DNA of 64,000 nucleotides from the NCBI GenBank assembly GCA_965202585.1, contig OZ241832.1:34162001-34226000 (forward strand), written 5' to 3'. Both the position numbers and the translations under genes were made by a program. Of this stretch, positions 23,250 to 34,121 are shown in pieces (position 1 is the first letter of the stretch; the number at the start of each line of letters is the position of its first letter). This stretch comes from Thalia democratica. Taxonomy: Eukaryota. The notes under the pieces are model-generated. The model was not told the origin of the DNA, ran no database searches, and saw only the letters and a list, made by a program, of their open reading frames with translations.

Positions 23250-26200
23250 TTAATCATTAAGATCAAGATTATTGCTTATGAAACTTGTCGCCTTTGAAAT
23301 AAAATTTTCATCTTTTTCATTTACAAAGTTTTTCTTGTAAGTATCAGCTACAAAATCAGTCCACATTTTTATCATTTCGTCACCGTACTTACTCATTAAT
23401 CTATAAAATTTTGTTTATTTTAAAACATTGTTAGTTTCAACTTGATAGATAAAATAATTCTTTAATCTTTTCTTTTTAGTGTGTAAACGAAAGGAAATAA
23501 ACTAGTTTTTATTTATGTTTTTTAAGTATTAAAAAAATACACAGATAAAAGATCTAAGTTTAACTGTTGCATTTCAATAAACGAGAACTATTTTAAAAAC
23601 AAGTAAAAATAAAGCTGTCGTAGTATTAAAACAATATGTCAATATCGAATTAAAATTAAAATTTGATATTTTTAAACGTAGCTTTAGTAATAGATAAGAC
23701 CACCAGTTAGCAATTTATTACTATCAATTTTTCATTTTACAAACTAAAATTTGACAAAAAAGTGGTTTAGACTAGAGCTTCTTAAAGGGTGGTTTTCAAA
23801 AACATGTTATCGCCCCATTTGGACTACTTCAGCAAGTCGGAGCCAATGTATAGCAAGGGGCGATATCTAGTAAGGCGGCAGCAACAATTTTACACTGGAA
23901 TCTATAGTGGGGTTGTAATTAAAAGTACATAAAAAGGTTTTAAGTACAACTTACCAACGATTTGGAACTTACAAAATACACTAGATATGCTTGGGTTTGG
24001 AATTTAAAAAACTAAACTAAACATCATGGTGTTTGTAGTGAAAAGTAAAGAAAATGGGGCGACACAAACAAGTAACTTACACTGGACATTATGAGGTTTG
24101 GAGTTTTGAAAAACTTAAGAGTAAAAAAGTCTCATGTTCAATTTACTATAAATTTTAAACTTTACCATTGGATTTGTTATGAAGGAAGTTGATCTTTGTT
24201 TTAGTTTTTTTTAAGGAATGATTATGAAAATGAGTTTGGAAAACTCTGGTTTAGACTAACGAGGTAAAATGAAAATCTACATACATATACTATGTATGAA
24301 ACTTACATTCCAAACAAGAAGCCACCGATTTGCAGCGGAAAGTCAACAAACTGATGCACCCGTGACGAACCGGTAGCAAGCAGCAGCACCAGTCCAAACA
24401 AGTAGAACAGAACAGTTGCCAGCATCAAGTCGTCGCCTCTCACGTGCTCCCTGCTGTATGGGAGGTAGAAGGACTTTCCTTGTTGCTTGTGCAGGATGTA
24501 TGCCAGCAACGCTGCTATTATGCCTGGAACAAAATTGAGAAAAATAGTTGAAACAGTTCAGTAATCTCAAGTAGAAATTAACTTACTATAAATTGTGGTA
24601 CGTAAATGTTAGGTAAAGTAAAACAAGAAATAAGTTTATTATTTAACTGATTATTTTAAATCTCTAGTACGTATGAAGATAGTATACCTAAACTTACAAA
24701 TTGTAAAAAGTCTGACCATTTTACTTTAGGATAGGATATATTAATTAAAAGTTGTTAGTAAAATCAAATTACTTTGGGGTAAAACCTCGTAAACTATCTA
24801 AAGTTATCAAATTTGATGGGTAAACACATAAAAACGATACGAAAATAAAAAAAACACTTAAATATATAATATAAGTACAATAACCTGCCCCTTAGGTAGG
24901 CTATGGCGGTTAGGTACGGACTTTTGCGCTGGTTCAAAGTGTGTGCCTAAGCGGCAGGTTACTGTAGTTAACAAAAGAAATATATTTACTGAAATTATTT
25001 TAGAACTTAAGAAAATAAGAACCTGTTCCACCATTAGAACGCAGATAAGAGTTATTTGTAGCAATTTTGATGATTGTGCCGAACAAGTTGGAAAACACTG
25101 CTGATGATAAAACGAGTGGTAGGATTTGTACTGTTGTGTTCTTGTCCTGTGTATAATAAAGTTGCACATAAATAATTAGTAGAGTATACACGATGTTGTG
25201 GAACAAAAAAAGTTACAGCAGTTTTTTTATTAAAAATTGACATAAAGTTTTTAGCTTGAAATCAAAGATTAATACAATGCAGAAAACGTTTACGTTGTTT
25301 TATTAAAAGAAAATTTAAGGAATAAGGTTTCCACCATGTTTTTTACTATCTTGTGTTGTTTTGTTGTAATTTTTCTTAACTGTCAGAAGGTTTTTTCTGC
25401 AATTTAACAGAATTTAAATTATTTTTCAAGATTTAATGAATCAAATATGGTAAGTTCAACAGTTTCAGTTTGAAAGGTGCAACCTAAAAATACGAAGGAA
25501 AAATTGTTTTACTAAATGTTTTTTAAATCTCCTTCATCTTCAATCAATCTTTCTTAAACATTAACAGTTATTTATTTAATATATTTATACAAGATAATGT
25601 ACAGAAGTATCTATAAATTTTATTAAGTGTCCCTTTATTTTGGTGAATTTACTGTAAGTTTTGAACGAAACTACTTATGTTATATATCTAAAATATGAAA
25701 GTTTTAGTACTACTTCAAAAATAATTCATGAAAATTTTAATTCTTTAGCTTATAAATTGTATAAGTAGATAGATTTATAGTGAAATTATCAATTTAAAAA
25801 AAATTACAATGAAAAGACTATGTTTAGGCGTTTGTATCAGAAAAACTTCACAAAAACTAATACATCTTGAAAATTGATTGAATTATGTATATTGTACAAA
25901 AAGTTACTTATAATTCATAGGTTTAACTTTCATATCGGACTTGATGTCAACTTTTGTAAGAAAAGCATTGACCTCTCCTACCCCTTATACAGCTAATAGT
26001 GCTATTTATTTGGTTATTTCTTTTCAAATAATTATAAATTTTATGTGTAAATTATAAAGTTGAAGATCCTTGTTTAAATAGCAGCTAGATTACCAGCAAG
26101 GTAAAAATGAAGCTATTTTACAAAATCTTATCGAATCTTAAAAAATTAAGTAGTTGTATTTAATTAAAGCACAATATTACCGAACATTTTCATAATAAAC

Positions 26201-29200
26201 AACTAGAAGTTTCACAAAATCATCTACAAAATAAGTTAAAGTTAAGTACACTGGAAAACTAAAACTTTTGTTTACACTTATATTCTGCATAAATATACAA
26301 TAAAGTAAGTCAAAAAAAAAACACAAACTAAAATAATTTCATCTACATATTTAGAAAACTTGAAACCTTATCCAAAAAATTAAAGTTTACAGTGCATTTT
26401 ATCAGCTTAAGTCAAAAAAATATATACATTTATACCTTTCCAAAATAGACATGAGGACCTAGCTGCTCGTACATGATATTCATTAAATAAAATGATTGTA
26501 AAGAAAACATCAAGTCTTGGAAATTCTCGTGCATAAGCGTTGATGATAAACTTGAAATTGTTCTATGCCTTTCTATGTGAAAACATACTTATAAAGCACG
26601 ACATTTATTTAAAAATAATTTAACTCTAAAAAATAATCAGGGGATTATTCTTATTTTAAAGAACTTTTCACAGACTTTTTAAATTTCTTCAAGGACTTCT
26701 GATCTTATTCAGGTTATTTGAAGTATAAGTTTCCTTTTCCCTTTTAATAGAAAATTTAACTTGATATTAAAAGGATGTTTTAAATAGCAATAGCTTTAAA
26801 TAACTTAAAAAATACTGTATTGCTACTTTTAATATTTGTTTTATTCCATGGCAACTTGTTATTGATATTTCAAATCAAGTTATCTTAAGTTCTTACTTCA
26901 ACATTGTTTTAAAGTGTTAAGACTTATGCCACATAAAAAAAGAGTTTCCACCAAAATTTAATAAGATTTAAGGTTGACAAATTGAAAGAATTTTATCTGC
27001 TGGAACGATTATAACATTTATAGAAAATATTTTTTCTCAATAGTTATTTTAGTTTTTTTTGCTGATAAAGTTTAACACTTTATTTAACTGATACAAAGAT
27101 TATGATAAAGATTATGATAAAGATACCAATACAAATTATAATACTAAATATATGGATTCCACAGAACTTTTCCTTTTCTTATCTACTGTGCCAGATGTTA
27201 GAAATAGAGAACCACTGACTTAAGCTATTGCTTCTATTTATTTTTCACTTATATTTTATAGAGTTTTTATTATTATACTTCATTTAACACAGATCTAAAG
27301 TTTACTTTTCTAGAACAAGATTATATCTAACTAAACGTTTTTGTGAACATTCAATACAGTATATGTTGTAAAGAATCTATAAACTATAATGACAAGATAA
27401 AAAGCATTTGCTATAAACACTAGAAAACTAATTGCAAGAGAAGGATTCTAGTACATTAATAGAACAAAAAATGATATTATAGGTTTTCTAAATACTTTAA
27501 AAAGACTTAATCTTATACATAATCATCCATAAATAAATAAAAACCAAAATAAACAGTTGCATATATAACTAAAAATTGGTCAAGCAATAAGCAAACAATT
27601 AAAATCATGGGATATCCAGAGTTTATATGACCACTTTAATTATGAATAGAAAAATCCAGGGTTATATGTATAAATAACAATCCTGTTTTAAAACAAAGAA
27701 AAATGTAAATCTAAAAAATAAGAAACTAGTATTACATTTTTAAAGAAAAGATAGGTACAGTTTTATAATAAAGCAGTAGAAAAAACTTGGTTTGATAACT
27801 TCAATTTTTTTTGTAAATATTTTTGAACACATTGCAAATAATAAACATATTGTATTATTACATAATTTTATATGAATTAACATACAGTTTTTAAGCTTTT
27901 AAAAATAAACAATTAACCAAAGTAACTAATCAGTAGAAAATCTATTTTGATTACTAAATATAATATTGAAAGGTCTGAAAGTACAGTGACAAATAGCTAC
28001 ATTAAAGAATTTGGTAAACTGTCAATTAAGCTCAATTTCTCAAGAATTTAGCTTGTATATTTAGGTTTGGTTCTTAAAAAAACTTAAGAATTTTGATATT
28101 GAGCATGTCTTATTATTTTAAACTAGCTATTTATTATAATATATAAATATTTGGTACAAGAGTTGCTACTAGTATCAAAAGTTTGCTTTTTATGTAAGTA
28201 CATTTAGTTTTGTTCAAGAATAATCTTTAATTTTATGATTCACCTTATTTATTCTTATTTAATCTTTTACGTTGAAAAATACATCAGTCTAGAAATAACA
28301 AGTTAAAAAATTTTATATCAAGCTTGTGTAAAAATTTTAAGTTAAAACTAAAAATTAATGTTACAAGTAAAATACTTCACCATAAAAAGTAGTTTCTTTC
28401 TTTTTACAGATATGTGTTTATTTTTAGTTCATTAATTAAAGTACTGAATATTATAGCTGTTCAGTTTAATATTATATTACTTAACAACACTGTTTGAAAT
28501 CAAAAACAAAGTCATATATTCTAAGATTTTAAAGCTTACTCAAAGAAAAAATGTTCAAAAATTCAGATTATTCCACAAAATATCAAATTCAATGATTTTC
28601 CATGATTTTTTTTTGCCAAAATTTTAAATTTGATTACTTTCAAGGTTCAAGATTGTATGACCTGGCCACTCTGAATCAAATCAACATAAATAATTTATTA
28701 TTTTGTTAAAAAATATGTTTCATATACAAACAAAAACCTGGGTCACAACTTGTAAAGAAATATTTGTCAAAGACATCCCTGTCCCTGTTATCAGAACTTT
28801 GATGAAGCAACAAAGTGATGAATGATCCGGCTCCGTAGGCTAGGACTAGAGAGTTTGGTTCTCTGTTCAAGTCTTTGTCTGGATTTTTAACATCAGCATT
28901 TGTATCAACTGACAGTTTCTGTATTGTGAGATAAATTTTAGAGACAGGTTAAACTTTTCACAACAGTAAGGTAGAAAAGTAAACATAAGCTTTTTAGTAT
29001 TATGTAAGACTCTATTTTTATATGGAAATGACTCTCAAGTTAGATAAGTCTACTTACAACAAAATGATTTTATGCTTGAGCATAAATAAAAAATAGCTTA
29101 AATTTATGTTTATTCTTTGAATTTACTTTTTTTAATAATAAACTAAACAAACAAAACTGTAATCGTTAAAATTTACTTTATGTAAACAAAAAACAGTTTG

Positions 29201-30162
29201 TCTACTAAAAATACTTTACTATAAAACTGTTTCCTATTTCTTTATTAATATTTTTTCTGTGTAAGTTTATTTTAATCTCTAAAATTTTGGCTTACAGCAC
29301 TGTCAACTTGATTTAGTATAATTTTAAATTAGAAAATCAAAGTAAATTTGAGTATTAAACAAAAACCTTAACTAATTTCTCTGTTTAATTTAAGTATATC
29401 ATTCAATTTTATGAAATCAAAATCTAATCATTTGTACACCATTTTCCTAAGAATAAGCTATGTGTTTACGCACAAAATTGTAAACTTTATAATTAATATA
29501 AAAAAATAATGAACAAAATTAAAAATAATAAAAATTTTCAAAAACTTTGTGTCTTTTTTAATTAAATAGTATTTTACCAGTTTATTACTTAAAAAAATAA
29601 TTTATTAAAAATACATTTCAATGTTTATAAACTTAAAAAACTGAAGGAATCTATAAATCAAAACAAACTAACTTGGGAATCAAATTTGACTTGTAGATTA
29701 TTGAATTTAAACAGATACTTGTTTCTCCTTTTCATATCTTCCTCATAAACTGCTCTTGCACCATACGAAGTGAAAAAAATCTAAGTTTTTTTTTTATATC
29801 AGTGAACATATAAAATATTTATCTATATTGTATGAAAAAAAAAGCATAAAAACAAGTGTACATTAAAAACACTGTTTTATATTATGCATATAAATAAAAT
29901 TTAAATTTATTTAGTAGAATTTTTTTTTCGAATATTTTAAACTAAAAATATTTATTACAATTTATAAAGTTGGACTTAAATAAAACGACTTAAATTTTGA
30001 ATAAAACAAACTAACAGAAGATGAAAACAAAGCTTGTTTAGCCATCAACAAACAAATTCCACTGCTTATTCCCAGCTGGTACTTAACATTTGAACCACTT
30101 GTACATACTTTATAAGCCTTTCTAGTAAATCTGCAACAATTCTGAAAAACTCCAAGTGACAT
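23250..30162 (-). CDS. PARL: PARL-like mitochondrial rhomboid, catalytic residues substituted (~354 aa, 7 exons)
   Basis: Exons 30162-30016, 29780-29673, 28918-28738, 26572-26436, 25146-25023, 24523-24307, 23400-23250 join in frame with GT-AG ends. Colinear with recalled human PARL: YGARAVYE~FGSAAIWQYE, KYFFTSCDP~RYFTSNP, STLMH~STFSH, SSAVFSNLFGTIIKIAT~SAGVISNFVSYVGKVAT, GGFLFGILMSKYGDEMI~GGALFGIWYVTYGHELI. Basic N-terminal targeting-like peptide. Confidence 0.8.
24881..24961. other. GC-rich 81-bp hairpin / mini inverted-repeat element in PARL-like intron 5
   Basis: Ends taacctgcc(c/g)cttagg form a 16-bp inverted repeat with 1 mismatch, extendable to ~21 bp with G-U pairs. TA at both ends. 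Confidence 0.55.
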
Positions 30163-30988
30163 TTTTTTTTGTAAATTAAAAACTGCTCGAAAATATCTAA
30201 ATCATATAAAATTTAAAAATTATTTTAAAATGTACAGAGTTCAAACACATTTCTTATATAACAACTTTCATGAAAACTCCTTAAAAAAGATCACAAAAAA
30301 TTTAAATTTTATGTGTAAAAACTCTAAGAACTATTTACTAGTTAAAATTTTCTATGTGTTTTTCAATAAAAGCAAAATTATTAAAACAATATCATTCTTG
30401 ACTAAAATATATCAATATATTTATTTCATAGCAACATTAGAAATTAATTTAATCAAAAACCTACTATTTTAAACTTAGCCTAAATTAATTGATTAAAAGA
30501 TAAAGATTTAGGTTTCTAAGGAAGCTTACACTTACTTCAGGCTTTTAATTTAAGAACTTTTTAGAAAACAGTAAATAAATAAAGTATTAACAATTTTTTA
30601 TTAAACATACATTTAATTTATTTCAAGCTGTAATAATGTATTACATATTTTTAGAAGTAATTAATTTTTAGTATAACAAGTACTACAACTTAAAACTTCT
30701 ATAAAACTTAAACTACTTAAATTCACTGTAAACAGAAAAGTTGATTGAAAACAATACCTAAGCAGCTTTTTATAAAAAATATCTACATATAAAATTTTAA
30801 AGGTAAATTTTAATTTCAAAATATATTTAAACATAGCTCAATGCTTCCACAATTAATAGAAATCTGTTTTAAAATATAAAAATAATTTCATCTTGTCTAA
30901 AACTCTCATTAGGTCAGCAATTATAAATACTTGCTAAAATGTTGAATAACAAAATTGAGTTATCTAATTTAAATTGTAAAAAAAATAC

Positions 30989-31438
30989 CTATTTTTGTTT
31001 CAAGACAACATTGCCTTTCATTACAACACTTTCATCAACAGTACAAAGCAGTGAGCAAAACACAAACTTTCTCTTGATGCTTTCCACTTTTACATTCACA
31101 CAAACGTTGTCATTGACAAACAAGGGTTTCACAAATACCAGTTCTTGCTTGTAGAGCAGAGAGCCGTGGTGGTTCTTGCCAATAAGACCAGCTACAAAAC
31201 CATTTAGAATTGAGCCATGAACAACCAGTGACTTTTTGGCAAACATTTCTTCTACAAAACTCTCATTGCAGTGAAGCGGATTTGTGTCTCCTGATATTTT
31301 TGCAAAGTTTAAGACATCCCTTGCAGAGAACTTTGTGACCGCTCTTATTTGCTGGTCTATTTTCAATGTGCTGCTGTGTAAACTATTTGATAAGGTTCGA
31401 AACTTTAAAATATTTACTTGTAACACTTTGAATAGCAT
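30989..31438 (-). CDS. HTD2: Mitochondrial hydroxyacyl-thioester dehydratase type 2 (MaoC-like hot-dog fold), 149 aa, intronless
   Basis: Hydratase-2 motif FAKISGDTNPLH..vvHG, QELVFVKPLFVND, and an N-terminal basic/hydroxylated presequence. Confidence 0.85.
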   Translation of the reverse strand: MLFKVLQVNILKFRTLSNSLHSSTLKIDQQIRAVTKFSARDVLNFAKISGDTNPLHCNESFVEEMFAKKSLVVHGSILNGFVAGLIGKNHHGSLLYKQELVFVKPLFVNDNVCVNVKVESIKRKFVFCSLLCTVDESVVMKGNVVLKQK

Positions 31439-32822
31439 TATATTAGAAACTTACTAATTAAGTTAAATAATTTTCTGAAAAAATATACATGGTGAGAACC
31501 TTTTGAAGTTGTTAAATTATTTAATAAAAAACTAAATTTTACTGTAAAATAAATTTTTAAATGTACTACTTTTTAGGACACAACAGAGGGGGTAGGGCAC
31601 TTTTTTACAAGCATAAATCATCAGGTTGTCAACCTGTAAAAACATAATTTGAATAGACATTTCTAGGAATATTAGACAGACATTTCTAAAGTTGCATGAA
31701 ATTAACAACATTTAAAACGTAATCTGCATAAAAATATTCTACAGTTGCTCATCACAGCAATCATTAATAGTCAAAACAATAAATTACTCATACAAAAAAT
31801 AAAATCTCTGTAACTGTAAAAACAAAAGAGATGCCTTGTTGGTAACAAGTGTAATATAATATCTGTAATACAAGAAGCCAAAGTCTCTACAGAAATCAAT
31901 AATCATATGCCATTCACTAGTTCAACAAAACACCATTAAAAACAAGACTTTATGAGCACAAACCATCTTTTTTTAAATATACAAGAAAAAAACCTATTAA
32001 CTGCAACTAATAGTAAATATTTTTGCACATGTGTCAAACACTGGGTTTTAATTTTGCCCATTCAATTTAAAAAGTTTTAATAGCTGCCACCAAGCAATAC
32101 AATAGGAATTTGAACGAATATAACATTTAACACAGTGCAAAATAGAAAATTATCAAACAAATTAAGATAAAAGATAAGGCTCAAAACATGTGTAAATTAT
32201 GTTACTTATAAAAAGTAGATACAGCTTCTGAAAATAAAACAAAATACTTAACTGAAAAAATGAGCTAGATATTATAATTAATACTATCGTTACCCTAAAA
32301 AATATTTTTAATTACTAGTAATTTGATATATTAATTCAATTTAATTTATGTGTGTGTTGGAAAATTTGCTTGTTTACTTACATTTTTTACTGAACTTAAT
32401 TTAACTAAGTTTATATACCTTCATTATTTTCTACATTTTATTTTGCACCTTTATTTCAACTGAAAAACTGTGTTTTTGCAATGAAACATTGTTAGGTGAT
32501 AAAGTTTCACTAAACTTCTTGGCAAAATTTAGAAAAAACATTCTTAGATTAATAATTGTTAGCCAGTTGGTTATTTCTAAATTAGAGTTAAGTTCCTTTT
32601 TATTTTAATTTAGAAAAAAAAAGGTAAACTCCTTGATAATTTCAAATTGTATAAGAAATCAAGGTTACTCATGCATGTTAACCAAAACATAAAGCAGCAA
32701 CTTAAGCTTGGGCTCTAATTCTCATCAATACTATCTTACAAATTTTGAATTTAATCATTCACAACAATAGCCAAGCGAATAAATAACTAAATAACTTAGT
32801 ATTAATTATATATAAATTTAAA

Positions 32823-33705
32823 ACGAGCGTGAACTTAGCTTGAGAGCGTTTTTTAGGAACTTTATAAAAATTTCCAAACTTGAGACCCAATTATGTCCTT
32901 ATTTTAATAGCTAATTATAAACTCTTTTTTTTATACTAAAGAATGGTCCTTTGTCTTTAATTTAAGAAAATCCATTAAAATGGGGTTTTGACTTTTTGAA
33001 TAGTGTTTTTAAAAAATGTTGTGTTTTTTTTTGTTGTTTACTTATACAACTTTTTCATAAAAAATATTTATTTTTTTTCAATTTTTTTTCTTAAATATAC
33101 TTATTAAAATGAGTTTAATGATGTTGTAATTTTTTTTTCAATTTTTTTTTATATACCGTAAGCCTGAATAAACTTTTCAGAAAAAATCCAATTTTGCACG
33201 GTTTTCGTTTTTCAAAAATACAACCTTATATGCAAAAAAAAAAAAAAAAAAACAGTAATTTTAATTTTTAACAGACTTGTATAGTTATGTTTTATGATGT
33301 TGGGATATTTTTTTCCAAGTTTATTACTTCTTTTAAAATATATGACCCATAAAAGTTTTACCTAAGCTCTTAGCACTTGAGCAAGAATTCCTCTAACAGC
33401 GTTGCTAAGAATTTAGGTAAAACTTGTATGGGTCATATATTTTAAAAGCAATAATGAACTGGGAAAAAAATAAAAATAAAATAATAAATAAATAAAAAAC
33501 TAGAAAAAAAACACAAAATTTTTAAAGGGCCCCATTCAAAAAGTCAAACCCCAATTCAATGGATTTTTTTTTTAATTAAAGACAAAGGCGTGTTCTTTAA
33601 AAAAAAAAATTAATTAGCTATTAAGATAAGGACATAATTGGGTCTTAAGTTTGGACATTTTTATAAAGTTCCTAAAAAACGCTCTCAAGCTAAGTTCACG
33701 CTCGT
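32823..33705. mobile_element. Mutator-like foldback element (long TIRs), 883 bp
   Basis: Termini ACGAGCGTGAAC...GTTCACGCTCGT with ~180 bp of imperfect TIR, an inner palindrome centred near 33385, and a degenerate 9-bp TSD (aaatttaaa / atgtttaaa). Shares termini and the internal segment cctttgtctttaatttaagaaaa with 57707-58656. Confidence 0.8.
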
Positions 33706-33766
33706 ATGTTTAAATTCATAAACCTACCCTGAGAAAACTATGAAGTATATTTAGTATTTAAACATT

Positions 33767-33890
33767 TATTGTCCTGGACATGACATTAAACTGTTCTGGT
33801 GTGCGACTCGATAACCGAAAGGTTTTTTTGTACACCAGGTCCTTGGACCAAACTTCTTGAGCGTATTTTTTGTCGTTCAGTAAACAATAT
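33767..33890 (+). repeat. Full copy of the ~130-bp structured repeat family
   Basis: Best consensus copy: ctggtgtgc...gtacaccag stem, aacc-GAAA-ggtt hairpin, ggtccttggacc palindrome. Confidence 0.85.
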
Positions 33891-33937
33891 TTATAGCAAG
33901 AATGTTATAAAGCTTAAAGTCATTTAAGCTCAATAAT

Positions 33938-34062
33938 TCCCGACCAAAGACGTTAAAAAAGGTATCCGTATGTGCGACTCGATAACCGAAAAGGTTATTG
34001 GTGAACCAAGTCCTAGAAACAAAAGTATAAAGCTTCTTTTTTTGTAGTTCGACTAAATATAA
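33938..34062 (+). repeat. Adjacent diverged copy of the ~130-bp repeat family
   Basis: gacgttaaaaaaggtatccgtatgtgcgactcgataaccgaaaagg...gtgaaccaagtcctaga matches the consensus. Confidence 0.75.
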
Positions 34063-34121
34063 TAATAACTATTATAGTAGTTTAGAAAATTGATATATAA
34101 ATTACTATTTGCTATTACTAT

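Noticed and set aside
23790-24110. GC-richer patch with an 11-bp inverted repeat (tcgccccattt)
   Set aside because: All frames are interrupted and there is no TSD or recognisable family. Possibly an old TE fragment.
24155-24245. Alternative terminal exon for the PARL-like gene after a 61-nt intron
   Set aside because: Phase-compatible, but exon 23400-23250 matches PARL better (YGDEMI vs YGHELI). It remains a possible minor isoform.
24858-25243. ORFs 24858-25169 and 25052-25243, and 24343-24570
   Set aside because: Alternate frames over PARL-like exons that do not splice in frame to neighbouring exons.
28620-28670. Phase-compatible exon-like segment (EWPGHTILNLESNQI*) in PARL-like intron 3
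   Set aside because: No PARL similarity and an early stop. Cannot be supported without transcripts.
31740-32160. Coding-looking stretch upstream of HTD2, examined as RPP14 or a NUMT
   Set aside because: Multiple stops in all frames checked, and no recognisable motif even with TGA read as Trp.
33800-33850. The 130-bp repeat as a pistol, twister or hammerhead ribozyme, or a tRNA-derived SINE
   Set aside because: GACGTTAAA and GAAA recall ribozyme cores, but the required pseudoknot or CUGAUGA elements and proper A/B boxes are absent.
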